Below are positions 28,423 through 39,523 of a stretch of DNA of 64,000 bases, piece by piece. Location: positions 12,337 through 76,336 of the forward strand of contig JBNKYC010000016.1 in assembly GCA_050300635.1 (NCBI GenBank). Direction: 5' to 3'. The stretch's first letter is position 1; each line of letters starts with the position of its first letter. Source of the DNA: Polyangiaceae bacterium. GTDB taxonomy: Bacteria > Myxococcota_A > Polyangia > Polyangiales > Polyangiaceae. A program made the translations under genes and the position numbers. The notes below the pieces were generated by a model that did no database searches, had not been told where the DNA came from, and saw only the letters and a program-made list of their open reading frames with translations.

Positions 28423-30195
28423 TCATTGGCCCGCAGTCGGCAGACTGCTTCCCTTTTTTTCGGGCTCCTCGTCGAGATAGTCGGGGGGAGGCGGTACGAG
28501 GGGCTGGTCCGGTCGCTGCCGCGCTTGCTCGTAGGCTGCCCTAAGGACCTCTGGTTTGAGACGGATCCGAGCCACGATGGTCCTCAGGGGAGCGTTCTGC
28601 ATCTCCCCCTCGATGGTTCGAGCCTGCGGGGGGCCGGCATTTGCCATGACCAGGGTTGGTACGCCCGTGACGGGATCTTTTTCGTCAATGAAGAAGGAGT
28701 GGTAGTGAAACTTCTCGTCGTCGCGGAGACCGTAGATAAAAACGACGTCCCCCGGCTGATAGACCTCGTGCATTTGGGCCAACCACGCAAAGAACTTTTC
28801 TCGGTATAGGAACTTGACGCGTTCGCTCTTTGGGGTGAAGTGCACATCGAACCACGAGGGAACAGCTGCAGCATAGTTGAGTAGACTCTCGACGCTCCTT
28901 TCGTTTTCGATTCCGAAGCTAGGAAAATAGAGCGCCCCGCGCACGTGGCGCGCCCTTTCGTGACGGCCAGACCAGTAGCCGCCTGTTCCCCAATCAAATG
29001 AATCGGTGATGAAGTCGATACAGACTTCAGGCAAACGAGGACGACCGAATCCATCGTACGTGTAGTAGCTATCACCGTTGAACTCGTAGGTTTCCCGATG
29101 ATGGCGATGGGCCTTCCGAAACGCGATGCGAAGCAGACCATCCTGCTGCCCCTCCTCGGTACGAGGTTCATCAAAAGGCAGACGACGAGAAATAATCTCG
29201 CGGGCCGCTGAGAGCACGGGTTCGACAAGTTCCCGAGCCAGAAGGCTTTGATTGCGTGCAAAGAGCAACGCCGAACGCTTTTGCTGCAAGGTCGACTCGC
29301 ACACCAGAGTTGCCTCTGTTTGAGAAACATCTGCCACAATGGTCGATCGGCGCCCCCTGGTCCTGAGCTCGAAGCCCCATCGGTTCTCGGTCTTGAAAAT
29401 GGGGCTCGCCGTCTCAAAAGCGAGCTGCTTCGCGAGTTCGTTCAAGGCAAAACCAGGGGTGCTCTTCCAGCTCTCTTCGGGCGTCCTTGCCCGGTCGAAG
29501 AGCAGTAGCCCAGCTGGAGATCCATGCTGCATCCGCTGGGGAACGACGCCCACAACCGGTTCCTCCGGCAAGTAGTAGCGACCATCTTCCAAGTAGGCCC
29601 GGAACTCGTGCCCGCCTCTCTCAATCACCACCTCCGGATCGTCAAACAAGTGGTCCAAGCGCAACACTTGAGACAGGCGCAAAGCAAGAAGTGGTAATTC
29701 TGCAAAAAGGTACCCCTCCGAGAGAAAGATGGCTCGCCGCAGCGCATAGCGGCGGGTCGTGCGCCTCAGAATGACCTGAATATCGGATGCTGGATCCTGA
29801 CTCTTGATCAGAACCTTGCGGTACTTATGGGTCAGTCGCACCTCGTCATCGGTCAAGCCAGCGAGATCCGCTTGAGGAACTCTCTTGAAAAGAAGCGGCA
29901 CAGCACGGGCGCGCGCAAGTATCTCGGCCCGGTGACTATCGAAGACCGGTGTGCCGGGGACCTGGGGCTCATTTTGTAGTTGTTCGACCTGAACCAGGCA
30001 GGGATCTACCACCGGGGGCGCGGCGGTGGGCACCGGCGCCGGCGGCGCTGAGGTAGGGTGAGCCTCGCCTTCCTCGGCAGCTTGTCGTTCGGCGCGTTCA
30101 CAGCCGAGGCAAAGCAGTATCGCCAACGAGAAAACGCCAACCCTCGGTCCGAATGAACCCAGGCTTGGCGCTTTCTTCTGTGTCACGCTCATCAA
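28423..30195 (-). CDS. hypothetical lipoprotein (590 aa)
   Basis: Signal peptide with lipobox LCLGC. No family recognised. Confidence 0.5.
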   Translation of the reverse strand: MMSVTQKKAPSLGSFGPRVGVFSLAILLCLGCERAERQAAEEGEAHPTSAPPAPVPTAAPPVVDPCLVQVEQLQNEPQVPGTPVFDSHRAEILARARAVPLLFKRVPQADLAGLTDDEVRLTHKYRKVLIKSQDPASDIQVILRRTTRRYALRRAIFLSEGYLFAELPLLALRLSQVLRLDHLFDDPEVVIERGGHEFRAYLEDGRYYLPEEPVVGVVPQRMQHGSPAGLLLFDRARTPEESWKSTPGFALNELAKQLAFETASPIFKTENRWGFELRTRGRRSTIVADVSQTEATLVCESTLQQKRSALLFARNQSLLARELVEPVLSAAREIISRRLPFDEPRTEEGQQDGLLRIAFRKAHRHHRETYEFNGDSYYTYDGFGRPRLPEVCIDFITDSFDWGTGGYWSGRHERARHVRGALYFPSFGIENERSVESLLNYAAAVPSWFDVHFTPKSERVKFLYREKFFAWLAQMHEVYQPGDVVFIYGLRDDEKFHYHSFFIDEKDPVTGVPTLVMANAGPPQARTIEGEMQNAPLRTIVARIRLKPEVLRAAYEQARQRPDQPLVPPPPDYLDEEPEKKGSSLPTAGQ

Positions 30196-30245
30196 TGTGC
30201 ACGTCTTACGGATGACGGTTGCACCGCCTACCCCGCCACCTCGAT

Positions 30246-32687
30246 TTAGTTGGGTTGAGGTGGTTTGCTCGCCTCACGCTGCGCCATCTCGTCCAAATAG
30301 GCCTGGGACGGTTGGGGCATTTCTTCGAGCGCCGCTTCGAGCACCTCTTCGACCTTCTTTACAAAGACGAACTCAAGCTCGTCCCGCACTTCTTTGGGCA
30401 CCTCCTCGAGATCGGCCTTGTTTCGGTCAGGCACGATCACTCGTTTGATGCCCGCTCGATGCGCAGCCAGAGTCTTTTCTTTGAGGCCGCCAATCGGAAG
30501 CACCCGACCACGAAGAGAAGTCTCACCGGTCATGGCGACATCATGTCGTACTCGAATCCCGGTCAATAGAGAGACGATGGCTGTAAACATCGTAATGCCC
30601 GCACTCGGACCGTCCTTGGGCATCGCGCCTGCAGGAATGTGGATGTGAATGTCGCTCTTTTCGAGAAAGTCTCGAGGGATACCAAAGCGTTCGGCATTGG
30701 TGCGCACGTAGGAAAGGGCAGCATGGGCCGACTCTTTCATTACATCGCCGAGTTGTCCCGTGAGCTGCATTTTGCCGGAACCAAACATACGGGTGACCTC
30801 GATGAAGAGGATTTCTCCGCCTACGCTGGTCCAGGCCAATCCCGTCGCAACACCGCTTTCTTCGGTGCGCTCAGCCACTTCGCTGGTGAACTTCACAGGA
30901 CCTAGGAACTCTCTCAGGTCGTCCTCCGTCTTGACGGCATGGCTCGAAGTGTCTCCTTCGGCCACCTTGACCGCCACACCACGAATGACGCTCGCCACCG
31001 TCCTCTCTAAGGAGCGAACACCAGCTTCGCGCGTGTAGTGTTCAATGAGCTCCTCGACGGCCTCATCGGTGATCTTCAGTTGCTCCTCGGTGAGACCATG
31101 CTCCTCAAGTTGCTTGGGGATCAGGTGCTGGCGGGCAATAGCCAGCTTCTCGCGACGCGTGTAGCCGGGGATTTCCAAGATTTCCATCCGATCACGCAAG
31201 GGAGGCGGGATCGGATCCGCCACGTTTGCCGTAGCGACAAACATGACGTTTGAAAGATCATAGGGGATCTCCAGATAGTGGTCGGCAAAGGTGTTGTTCT
31301 GCTCAGGATCGAGCACTTCCAAAAGCGCCGCACTCGGATCGCCCCGGAAGTCATGTCCAATCTTGTCGATCTCGTCCATCATGAACACTGGGTTGACGGT
31401 GCCGGACTTCTTCATGCCCTGAATGATTTGGCCGGGCAGAGCGCCCACATAGGTGCGGCGATGGCCGCGGATCGCTGCTTCGTCATGAACCCCACCCAGG
31501 GAGACACGAACAAACTTCCGCCCCAAAGATTTTGCAATACTACGACCCAGCGAGGTCTTACCCACGCCAGGTGGACCAACCAGACACAGGATGGGCCCCT
31601 TCTTATCCTTCTTCAGCTTGCGCACCGCCAAGTATTCGACGATGCGCTTTTTGACCTTGTCCAGACCATAATGGTCCTCATCGAGCACATTGCGCACCTC
31701 GAGGATTTCCAAGTTATCCTCGGTCGACTCGCTCCAAGGAATATCCAAGATCCAGTCGAGATAAGTCCTGACCACGGTGTACTCAGCACTGCCGACCTGC
31801 ATCGACCGAAGGCGCTTGAGCTGCTTCTTGGCTACATCGTCTGCCTCTTTAGGTAGTTCGGCCTTCGCGATGCGCTCCTCGAGGCCGTCAAGGTCACCCT
31901 GGTCGCCCTCGTCTTCGCCGAGCTCCTCTTTGATCGCCTTGAGCTGTTGACGCAAAACGTACTCACGCTGGTTCTTTCCCATTTCTTCTTTGATCTGAGA
32001 ATTGATGCGTTCCCTCATCTTGAGGATTTCGAGCTGACGGGTCAGAAGGCGCAGGACTTTACGGATCCGCTCCTTGACCTCCACCGTCTCGATGAGCTGG
32101 GCTTTTTCATCCACTGGGGCATCAAGATTGGCCGCGACCAAGTCGGCGAGAGCGCCTGGAGCCTGAATAGAATCGATTAAGCTCCCGGCTTCGCGGGGTA
32201 GCTCGGGCATCAGCTGGATAACCTGCTTGGCCACATCCCGCAGGCTCATGGCCAAAGCTTCGGCCTCAACGTCTTCTTTACCCGCTGGCGCAACGCGCTG
32301 CACTTTGGCCTTGAGAAACGGCTCGGACTGAGTGACCTCGCTGAGCTTAATGCGGGTGAGGCCTTGAAGAATGAGCGAGTAATTGCCGGAGCTATGCTTG
32401 AGCGCCTTGAGTACCCGAGCGGCACAACCCATAGAGTACAAATCGTCTTGTCCCGGGTCGTCAGTGGCGGGATCCTTTTGGGCGAAGATGGCAATGACAG
32501 GGCCATCTTGGTTGTGCACATCCTCGACAAGGGCGACCGATTTGTCGCGCCCGACGTCAAAAGGAGCGACTGCTCCAGGAAAGAGGACGGCATTGCGAAT
32601 CGGAAGAACAGCAAGCTCTTCGCCAAATTCGATTTCGTCTTCGGTAGGAGGGGGAGGCGGAACGGATGAAGGATCTTGGTCGCTCAT
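30246..32687 (-). CDS. lon: ATP-dependent Lon protease
   Basis: [13 protein letters not shown], the catalytic block [11 protein letters not shown] and an N-terminal LON domain. ATG at 32687; the ORF is open to a TTG at 32711. Confidence 0.95.
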   Translation of the reverse strand: MSDQDPSSVPPPPPTEDEIEFGEELAVLPIRNAVLFPGAVAPFDVGRDKSVALVEDVHNQDGPVIAIFAQKDPATDDPGQDDLYSMGCAARVLKALKHSSGNYSLILQGLTRIKLSEVTQSEPFLKAKVQRVAPAGKEDVEAEALAMSLRDVAKQVIQLMPELPREAGSLIDSIQAPGALADLVAANLDAPVDEKAQLIETVEVKERIRKVLRLLTRQLEILKMRERINSQIKEEMGKNQREYVLRQQLKAIKEELGEDEGDQGDLDGLEERIAKAELPKEADDVAKKQLKRLRSMQVGSAEYTVVRTYLDWILDIPWSESTEDNLEILEVRNVLDEDHYGLDKVKKRIVEYLAVRKLKKDKKGPILCLVGPPGVGKTSLGRSIAKSLGRKFVRVSLGGVHDEAAIRGHRRTYVGALPGQIIQGMKKSGTVNPVFMMDEIDKIGHDFRGDPSAALLEVLDPEQNNTFADHYLEIPYDLSNVMFVATANVADPIPPPLRDRMEILEIPGYTRREKLAIARQHLIPKQLEEHGLTEEQLKITDEAVEELIEHYTREAGVRSLERTVASVIRGVAVKVAEGDTSSHAVKTEDDLREFLGPVKFTSEVAERTEESGVATGLAWTSVGGEILFIEVTRMFGSGKMQLTGQLGDVMKESAHAALSYVRTNAERFGIPRDFLEKSDIHIHIPAGAMPKDGPSAGITMFTAIVSLLTGIRVRHDVAMTGETSLRGRVLPIGGLKEKTLAAHRAGIKRVIVPDRNKADLEEVPKEVRDELEFVFVKKVEEVLEAALEEMPQPSQAYLDEMAQREASKPPQPN

Positions 32688-32791
32688 TTGTGACTTCGTT
32701 TTTCTGCCCAAAAGGGCTCTCGATCAACCTAGCCACTCTTTCGCCTTGTACAACCATGGCGAGGACGATTCGGAACGACTAAGACGATGAC

Positions 32792-33745
32792 GTGCGCGTC
32801 ATATTTTGCGGAACCCCGGAAATAGCCGTCCCTTCGCTCCAAGCTCTCGACGAAATCACAGAAGTTGTAGGAGTAGTCTGCCAGCCAGATCGAAAGGCTG
32901 GTCGAGGGATGAAACTCACCCCGCCCGCCGTCAAAGTGGAGGCGCTTTCAAGAGGGCTTGAGGTATACCAACCTGCAAAAGTAAAGGATGGCACGCTGGA
33001 GGCCTGGATGCGAGAACGCAGAGCCGACGTGGCCTTGGTCATCGCCTATGGTCGCATCCTCACCACAGAAACACTTGCGGCCCCTCGCCTCGGCTGCGTT
33101 AACCTGCATGCGTCGCTCCTGCCACATTATCGTGGTGCCGCCCCGATTCAGCGAGCGATCATGGCCGGAGAGTCCGAAACCGGGGTGTGCCTCATGCAGA
33201 TGGACGAGGGAATGGACACAGGACCAGTCCTGAGTCGACGAAGCATTCCGATCGAAAGCGAGGACGACTCTGGGAGCTTGGCTTTGAAGCTGGGGCAATT
33301 GGCGGCCACCATCACCAAAGAAGATCTCCCCCTTTTTCTTGAGGGGCACTTGCATCCCTCCCCCCAGGAGCATGAGCTCGCCAGTTATGCTCCCCCTCTG
33401 ACCAAGGACGACAGTCTGATTGATTTTTCCCGTCCAGCTCAACTCGTCAGAGCTCAGATTCGAGGACTGGCGCCACGACCGGGGGCCGTATGTTTCACAG
33501 AGAAAGACGGCGGAAAACGCCTCAAGCTCACCAAGGTGCGAGAAGTCAGCGCCTCCCTCGGGCTCGCCCCAGGGCAGGTGCGAGTTGTGGACGAGGAATT
33601 CGTCGTCGGGACCCTGGAGGGGGCCCTAGAAGTCCTCGAAGCTCAAATCGAAGGGAAGAAGAGTCAGCCAGGTTCGCTCTTGGCTCGCGGGCGAGCAGTG
33701 GTAGACGGGCAGTTTCTGTACGGAAAGGTCGCATCTTTATCTTAG
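32792..33745 (+). CDS. fmt: methionyl-tRNA formyltransferase
   Basis: RVIFCGTPE, NLHASLLPHYRGAAPIQRAI and CLMQMDEGMDTGPV. GTG start. Confidence 0.95.
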   Translation: MRVIFCGTPEIAVPSLQALDEITEVVGVVCQPDRKAGRGMKLTPPAVKVEALSRGLEVYQPAKVKDGTLEAWMRERRADVALVIAYGRILTTETLAAPRLGCVNLHASLLPHYRGAAPIQRAIMAGESETGVCLMQMDEGMDTGPVLSRRSIPIESEDDSGSLALKLGQLAATITKEDLPLFLEGHLHPSPQEHELASYAPPLTKDDSLIDFSRPAQLVRAQIRGLAPRPGAVCFTEKDGGKRLKLTKVREVSASLGLAPGQVRVVDEEFVVGTLEGALEVLEAQIEGKKSQPGSLLARGRAVVDGQFLYGKVASLS

Positions 33746-34005
33746 ATAACCGACTGAGGGAAATTGCACGAAAACGGAGCATCAGCGGCAGTGTCGGGCG
33801 CCTGGTAGCTTACCCCATTAGCGCTGTCCCCGACGGCAAGACTAGTTCAAGAACATTCCACCATCACTCAACCACTGATATGGTCGCAAGCGTCCTGAAG
33901 GGGAAGTCTCTGACCCACCTCTTTTGACCTCTCGATTCTTCTTTACCCTTTTTCCGACTCAGTTCGACTAGCCCCCCTTATCCAGACGGACCTGAAAGAT
34001 CGTTC

Positions 34006-37000
34006 ATGGCAGTTGTCGGCATCGACCTTGGCACAACCAATACCGTCATAGCAGCAGTTCGCGACGGGCGAGCCACGGCGCTCAAAGATAGGAGTGGGCG
34101 CGCCCTCCTGCCGAGTGTCGTCTCCTTCGGAATTCGAGGGTCCGCAAAGGTAGGCTACCCCGCCAAAGATCGTCGCACTCTCGACCCAGAGAACACCGTC
34201 TTTTCAATCAAGAGATTGATAGGACGCACTTTCGATTCTGAACACGTTCAGAAGTCGCTCGATCGATATCCCTTCAAACTAAAAGAAGGACCGGGGAAGG
34301 CGACAATGGTTTCCTGCCACGGGCAGGATCATACCCTTCCCGAGATCAGTGCTCTTGTTCTTCAAGAAGCGGCGACAATTGCCGAACAACGCCTGGGAGA
34401 ACGCATTTCGGATGCTGTGATCACGGTCCCCGCCAACTTCAACGATCTTCAGCGCGCAGCAACCAAGATTGCGGGACGGACGGCAGGGCTGGAGGTACTG
34501 CGTATCATCAACGAACCGACAGCCGCTGCATTGGCGTATGGGTTCGGCAAAAGCGGGCGCGAGCGTATCGTCGTCTACGACTTTGGCGGCGGCACTTTCG
34601 ACGTAACCCTGCTCGATCTGAATGAAAACGTATTCGAGGTACTTGCCACGGCGGGCGACACCTTCCTCGGTGGCGACGATGTGGATCGGGCGATCATGGA
34701 CCGCATGGCGGAAGCCCTGCTCGCTCACCAAAAGATCGACGCCGACCAAGACATTTTGGTAAGGGAGCAGCTCCGCGTCGCCGCAGAAAAGTTAAAGATC
34801 GAGCTTTCTTCGCGCAGTATGGCAAAGGCCCGCATCGAGGATCTCGAGTTCGAGTTTACGATGCGCCGGTCTGAGTTCGAGTCACTCACCGAACCCTTGC
34901 TCGCCAAGACTCTTTCTGTCTGTGAACAAGCCTTAGACGTCGCTGGAGTCTTTATCCGGGACATCGATCAGGTCCTGTTGGTGGGCGGCTCGACGCGCAT
35001 CCCCTTGGTTCGTCGACGTGTCTCGAGCTTCTTCTCCAAAATGCCCCAGAGCCGCATCAATCCCGACGAGGTCGTAGCGATTGGTGCCGCGATTCAGGCC
35101 TCCTCCTTGGAGGCCAAACAGGGGACCTCTCAGCTTCCCGACGCCCCTCGTCCCCGACGAGCCACCTCTCAGTCTTCTCGAGCTCCAGCAGCCCTGGGGC
35201 GAACCAAGACCGGTCTAGCCGGGTTAAAGCAAACGTTGGTGAGCAAGGGCGAGCGATCCGAAGTCCCCCCCGCCGGCAAGCCAGGCTCTCTCCTTTCTGC
35301 ACTCAAACCCAACCCGGCTCCCTCGGGTTCGGCGACGGCGGACCCACGAAAGCCAGCCGGAGACGCAGCCGACCTACCTGCGGTTCCGCCCGCCCGCACG
35401 AAAGGAGCGATGAGCTCGACGCGAACTCAGGCTCGCCCCCCCCTTCAAACCCTTTCAGGCATGGGGGAAGAGAAGGACCGGTTGAGCGACACGCTCTCGG
35501 GCGTACAGGGGGCCAAAAGCACAACGAACCTCGGGCTCGGTCAAGCACCTGGCTCACCCCCTGCCCAATTGGGAGCCCCACCACCACGCGCCGTCGTCCC
35601 CGCCCCTGGCGGTACTCCACGGAAGCGCCCTCCACCCCCTGCACCCGGCCACCCTCCTCAGGCGGCGCCCCAACCCGCCGCCTCACCACTAGCTCAGTTC
35701 ACTCAAACACAAGTTGGAGGCACGGCAGACGAGCTGACAGGCGATGCGCTTTCGCTGGACGAGCAGATGAACTTGGCGTCCACAAAGGACGCTGGTTCCG
35801 GCGTCCCAAAGGACGGAGACGGCTCTGTTACTTTTGATCTGGAGGAGCTCGAAGAAGAAGATTCGACCAGCTTCCCCCATGACGACTTCGACGATGACGA
35901 AACAACCGAAGTCTTCAATCGACAAGCCAGAGGTCTACAAAATCTGCCTCCAGGACGGATCGGCCTGACCACCTCCCCGGGAGGAACGATGAGTTCTGAT
36001 CTGCTGGAGGCGGAGCTCCCGGTGCCCATCGAAAAGGCACAAGAGGGGCAGCAGCAGCAGCCCATCGAAGAAGTGGGCGACAGTGCGGTCTTCATGCTTC
36101 CAGACGATGAGGAAGAGGAAGAGGCTGATCTACCTGCACCAGTCACGAAAACCGCCGGTTTCGGAGCCCGAAATCCCTTGGGGCGCACCGCCGAAGAAAG
36201 CGATCTCATATCGCTTCAAGAACTCACAGAAGACGACAACGAGGAAATCGACCTCCCATCGCCGGCTTCTGGACCGCACAGCCCAACACAGGCGGACGAC
36301 CGAGACAGTGACCTTCCGCTTCCAGTCGTCCATGCTCCGGGCACGGACCTACCCACCTACCAAACTTCTCACGGAGTCGAAAATCAACCCCCGCCCGAAC
36401 CTACCGGCACGGGTGAACCAAAAGCCCCGCCCGCTGTCCCTTCCCCTCTAGCGCAAACGCTTCTTGAAGGGCCCAAGCCTGTACCCCCCTCGTCGCCCGC
36501 TGACCTTCCTCCGCCGGCCCCGCCCCTCCAGGACTCTTCACCCGAGCCCGATGCGCAATTCGACCCCTTCCCTTCCCGCGCGCTGATGGATTCGGTAGCA
36601 GAGATCGACGATCTAGCAGCCAAACCTATCGATCATCGGACAAGTTTCTCTCCTCCCGGTGGTAGCTCCCCCACAGCGAGCGCCACCTTGAGCAGCGCGC
36701 CAAGTCACAGCATCCCTCCAGCCCCCACCGAAAGCGTACCGCACCCTGTTGGCGAGTTGACGGGTCGCCCCCTGTTGCTCGATGTGACGCCTTTGTCCTT
36801 GGGAGTAGAGGTCGTCGGTGGATACGTGGACCGACTCATCGAGAGAAACAGCCCCGTTCCGTGCGAATGTACGAGAACCTTCGCGACAGCTTCCGACAAC
36901 CAAGCCGTGGTGCGAGTTCGTGTCAGCCAGGGAGAAGACGAACGCTTCGAACAGAACACTGTTTTAGGCGAGGTTCAGCTCAGCGGATTGTCCCCTGGCC

Positions 37001-37134
37001 CTCGGGGTAGTGTAAAAATCGACGTCAGCTTCTCGCTGGATGAAAGCGGCATGCTACAGGTATCCGCCCGGGATCCGTCCACGGGAAGTGCCGCCGATGC
37101 TCGACTGGCGCTGGCCGGCGTCGCGGAAGGATAG
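34006..37134 (+). CDS. Hsp70-family protein with ~550-aa disordered insert between NBD and SBD-beta, no lid
   Basis: NBD motifs [18 protein letters not shown] and LVGGSTRIP fall in aa 1-~367. [13 protein letters not shown] starts the SBD-beta at aa ~923. The intervening sequence is P/A/S-rich and then D/E-rich low complexity. Confidence 0.85.
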   Translation: MAVVGIDLGTTNTVIAAVRDGRATALKDRSGRALLPSVVSFGIRGSAKVGYPAKDRRTLDPENTVFSIKRLIGRTFDSEHVQKSLDRYPFKLKEGPGKATMVSCHGQDHTLPEISALVLQEAATIAEQRLGERISDAVITVPANFNDLQRAATKIAGRTAGLEVLRIINEPTAAALAYGFGKSGRERIVVYDFGGGTFDVTLLDLNENVFEVLATAGDTFLGGDDVDRAIMDRMAEALLAHQKIDADQDILVREQLRVAAEKLKIELSSRSMAKARIEDLEFEFTMRRSEFESLTEPLLAKTLSVCEQALDVAGVFIRDIDQVLLVGGSTRIPLVRRRVSSFFSKMPQSRINPDEVVAIGAAIQASSLEAKQGTSQLPDAPRPRRATSQSSRAPAALGRTKTGLAGLKQTLVSKGERSEVPPAGKPGSLLSALKPNPAPSGSATADPRKPAGDAADLPAVPPARTKGAMSSTRTQARPPLQTLSGMGEEKDRLSDTLSGVQGAKSTTNLGLGQAPGSPPAQLGAPPPRAVVPAPGGTPRKRPPPPAPGHPPQAAPQPAASPLAQFTQTQVGGTADELTGDALSLDEQMNLASTKDAGSGVPKDGDGSVTFDLEELEEEDSTSFPHDDFDDDETTEVFNRQARGLQNLPPGRIGLTTSPGGTMSSDLLEAELPVPIEKAQEGQQQQPIEEVGDSAVFMLPDDEEEEEADLPAPVTKTAGFGARNPLGRTAEESDLISLQELTEDDNEEIDLPSPASGPHSPTQADDRDSDLPLPVVHAPGTDLPTYQTSHGVENQPPPEPTGTGEPKAPPAVPSPLAQTLLEGPKPVPPSSPADLPPPAPPLQDSSPEPDAQFDPFPSRALMDSVAEIDDLAAKPIDHRTSFSPPGGSSPTASATLSSAPSHSIPPAPTESVPHPVGELTGRPLLLDVTPLSLGVEVVGGYVDRLIERNSPVPCECTRTFATASDNQAVVRVRVSQGEDERFEQNTVLGEVQLSGLSPGPRGSVKIDVSFSLDESGMLQVSARDPSTGSAADARLALAGVAEG

Positions 37135-37178
37135 GGAGCAGCCTACCCAGGCAAGAAGTCCCACCCCGAGACCCCATC

Positions 37179-37718
37179 GTGGCAAGCTTAGAACTCATCG
37201 CCCAAGTGGAAAACTGGCTCGAGATCCTTGAGCGCGCCAACTACTACGAGCTGCTCGGTATCTTGGAAATCGCCGATGAGGGAGCGATACAACGAGCTTT
37301 TCACGATTTTTCGGTCAATTTTCATCCAGATCGCTACCGCGGTGAACCCGACGCATTGGTCCATGCAATCACAAAGATATACCAACGAGGAGCTGAAGCC
37401 TACGGTGTCTTGCGCGACCCGAAGACCCGAGCCAAATACGACATTGCACTTAGCCAAGGCGCTCTTCGCTATACCCCCGGGCGTACCCAACACGACAACG
37501 CAACCGCAACGGACCAAGAACTGGCCGCCAGCGCCACGACGAGGGGAGGGCAACTGCACGCCCGGCAAGCTGAACGGGCACTCAGCGAGGGCGACATTGA
37601 CCTGGCTCAACATCTCATTGATAAGGCCCTTCTCGCCGAAGGGGACAATCCCGAATTTTCACGGCGTGCCGACGAACTACTCCTCCTCGTCCGGAGTGGG
37701 CGCATCCTACCGCAATGA
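37179..37718 (+). CDS. J-domain protein
   Basis: NYYELLGI...FHPDRY carries the HPD motif. GTG start 45 nt after the Hsp70 stop. Confidence 0.8.
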   Translation: MASLELIAQVENWLEILERANYYELLGILEIADEGAIQRAFHDFSVNFHPDRYRGEPDALVHAITKIYQRGAEAYGVLRDPKTRAKYDIALSQGALRYTPGRTQHDNATATDQELAASATTRGGQLHARQAERALSEGDIDLAQHLIDKALLAEGDNPEFSRRADELLLLVRSGRILPQ

Positions 37719-37921
37719 GGGAGGTCCTGGACCTACAGACTCGCACCTGCAGCAAGAGTATAACCCTCAAAAACAACAACGTTTTCATACATTTGTATGA
37801 TTCAGAGGGGAGACGCAGCAAGTCGGAAAATTCGTCACCTAAGATCCGTCCCCCCTGGAAAATCAACAAATCGATGTTAAAAGACCCGGGCGAAAGAGCG
37901 CCGCCCCAGCTCGGGGTTTGA
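37715..37921 (+). CDS. possible small basic protein (68 aa), unverified
   Basis: ATGA overlap with the J-protein stop. By hand count, third-position GC (~64%) clearly exceeds the local overall GC in an AT-rich gap. No homology recognised. Confidence 0.25.
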   Translation: MREVLDLQTRTCSKSITLKNNNVFIHLYDSEGRRSKSENSSPKIRPPWKINKSMLKDPGERAPPQLGV

Positions 37922-38030
37922 TGAAGATTTACGCGCAACCAAAACTTTTCGCCGACCTACCCGTCAATATTCTCTAGAAAATCGGACCTCGCATCGCTTA
38001 GACGACTCGACGAGGACGGAGAGCACACAC

Positions 38031-39398
38031 GTGAAGATCTCTTGCCCCACATGTTCAGCCAAGTACTCGATTGCGGACGAGAAAGTACAAAATCGTCTTG
38101 CCAAGATCCGTTGCCGCAAATGCGGAACGTCGATCGTAATTGATGGGAACGTTTCGCCAGCCAACGTTTACGCAGCCGACGCTGCCCCAGCGCCTGCCCC
38201 TGAACCCGAAGCGGCGCCTGCGCCCGCGGCGGAACCAGCAGCAGCTCCGGCGGCTGCCCCCTCAAGCACCGAGGTGATCTACACGGTCGACTTGGGAGAA
38301 AACGATCAGCGCCAGATGAGCACGCCCCAGCTGGTCGAGGCGTACAATACAGGAGCGGTCACTGCCGAAACCTACGTTTGGGCCGACGGCTTTGCCGACT
38401 GGACGCCACTTGGCCAGGTAGAAGAGCTCGTGGCCGCATTGCACGCCGCAGCCGAACCAGCAGCAGCAGCGCCTCCTCTCGATGAAGCCTCCGCCGTCGG
38501 TGCCTCAACTCAAGTAGAAGAAAAACCGTGGGATTCGGGTCCTAACTCGCCCGATGCCGCGGCCGCCCCTGCCGCAGCGGGTGGCCCAGATCTCTTCGGA
38601 AGCGTAACTGACGCGGGTGCTGAGTCGGAGGGTGTGTCCGTAGGAACAGCCTCGAACCCCTTCTCCGGGGCGAACACTGGCGCTCGCAACGAGTCCTCAG
38701 TTTTGTTTTCCCTGAGTGCCCTGACCTCAGGGACAGGCAGCTCCCGTCCAAGTGTGCCAGCCCCTGCCCCCTCCACCAGCGGAAACGTCAGTGAAGACTC
38801 GGGACTCATCGACCTCAAGGCTCTGACCGCAACCGCCGAAGCCGGAGGTCCCGGAGCACCTCAGCAGCCCCCTCCAGCCCCCGTCGCGGCGGTGAGTCCC
38901 TTTGGCGCTCCCTCGCCCCTTGGGGCGCCCTCTCCCATCGCTAGCCCGAGCATCGGACCCGGGGCGATGCCTGCGCAAAAGAACAACACAGGATTGATCA
39001 TCGGGATCAGTATCGTTGTGGCTGCCGTGGCCGTCGCCGCTATCATGACCTTCGGCGGAAACGAAGAGCAACCCGTAGCGCCGCCGGTGCCCGCCGTAAC
39101 GGCGCCACCCGCTGCCGCACCGGCACCCGCACCAGAGCCCGCACCAGAGCCCGCACCCGCGGCCTCTGCGGCCGAATCGGACGCCAAACCGCCGGCCACT
39201 GGCACGGAAGCGGATCCCCCCGCTCCGTCGGTCCAGAAGAAGACCTACAGCAAGCCGAAGACGAGCGCTCCAGCACCCAAGGCGAGTCCCTCTCCTTCCC
39301 CGGCACCCAAGCCCAAGCCCAAGCCCAAGCCCAAGCCCCAAAGCAAGTGCGGCTGCAAGGCAGACGACCTGATGTGCCTCATGAACTGCGCGAAGTAG
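38031..39398 (+). CDS. MJ0042-type zinc-ribbon + GYF_2 domain protein with Pro/Ala-rich linkers and one TM helix
   Basis: MKISCPTCSAKY...IRCRKCG is a CXXC...CXXC ribbon. YVWADGFADWTPLGQVEEL is GYF_2-like. TM helix GLIIGISIVVAAVAVAAIMTF. GTG start with a GGAGAG Shine-Dalgarno. Confidence 0.7.
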   Translation: MKISCPTCSAKYSIADEKVQNRLAKIRCRKCGTSIVIDGNVSPANVYAADAAPAPAPEPEAAPAPAAEPAAAPAAAPSSTEVIYTVDLGENDQRQMSTPQLVEAYNTGAVTAETYVWADGFADWTPLGQVEELVAALHAAAEPAAAAPPLDEASAVGASTQVEEKPWDSGPNSPDAAAAPAAAGGPDLFGSVTDAGAESEGVSVGTASNPFSGANTGARNESSVLFSLSALTSGTGSSRPSVPAPAPSTSGNVSEDSGLIDLKALTATAEAGGPGAPQQPPPAPVAAVSPFGAPSPLGAPSPIASPSIGPGAMPAQKNNTGLIIGISIVVAAVAVAAIMTFGGNEEQPVAPPVPAVTAPPAAAPAPAPEPAPEPAPAASAAESDAKPPATGTEADPPAPSVQKKTYSKPKTSAPAPKASPSPSPAPKPKPKPKPKPQSKCGCKADDLMCLMNCAK

Positions 39399-39416
39399 TC
39401 CAAGCCGAGAGCGAAA

Positions 39417-39458
39417 ACGAAAAACGCCCCAGAGAAATGCTCTCTGGGGCGTTTTCTT
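39417..39458 (+). terminator. bidirectional rho-independent terminator
   Basis: CGCCCCAGAGA-AATGC-TCTCTGGGGCG forms an 11-bp stem, flanked by an A-run and TTTTCTT. Confidence 0.8.
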
Positions 39459-39523
39459 GTATTTGTCCCCCAACGAGGACGACGCCGAGCGTCTCTCCGA
39501 ACTCGAAACAGCCCGGGGTCGGA

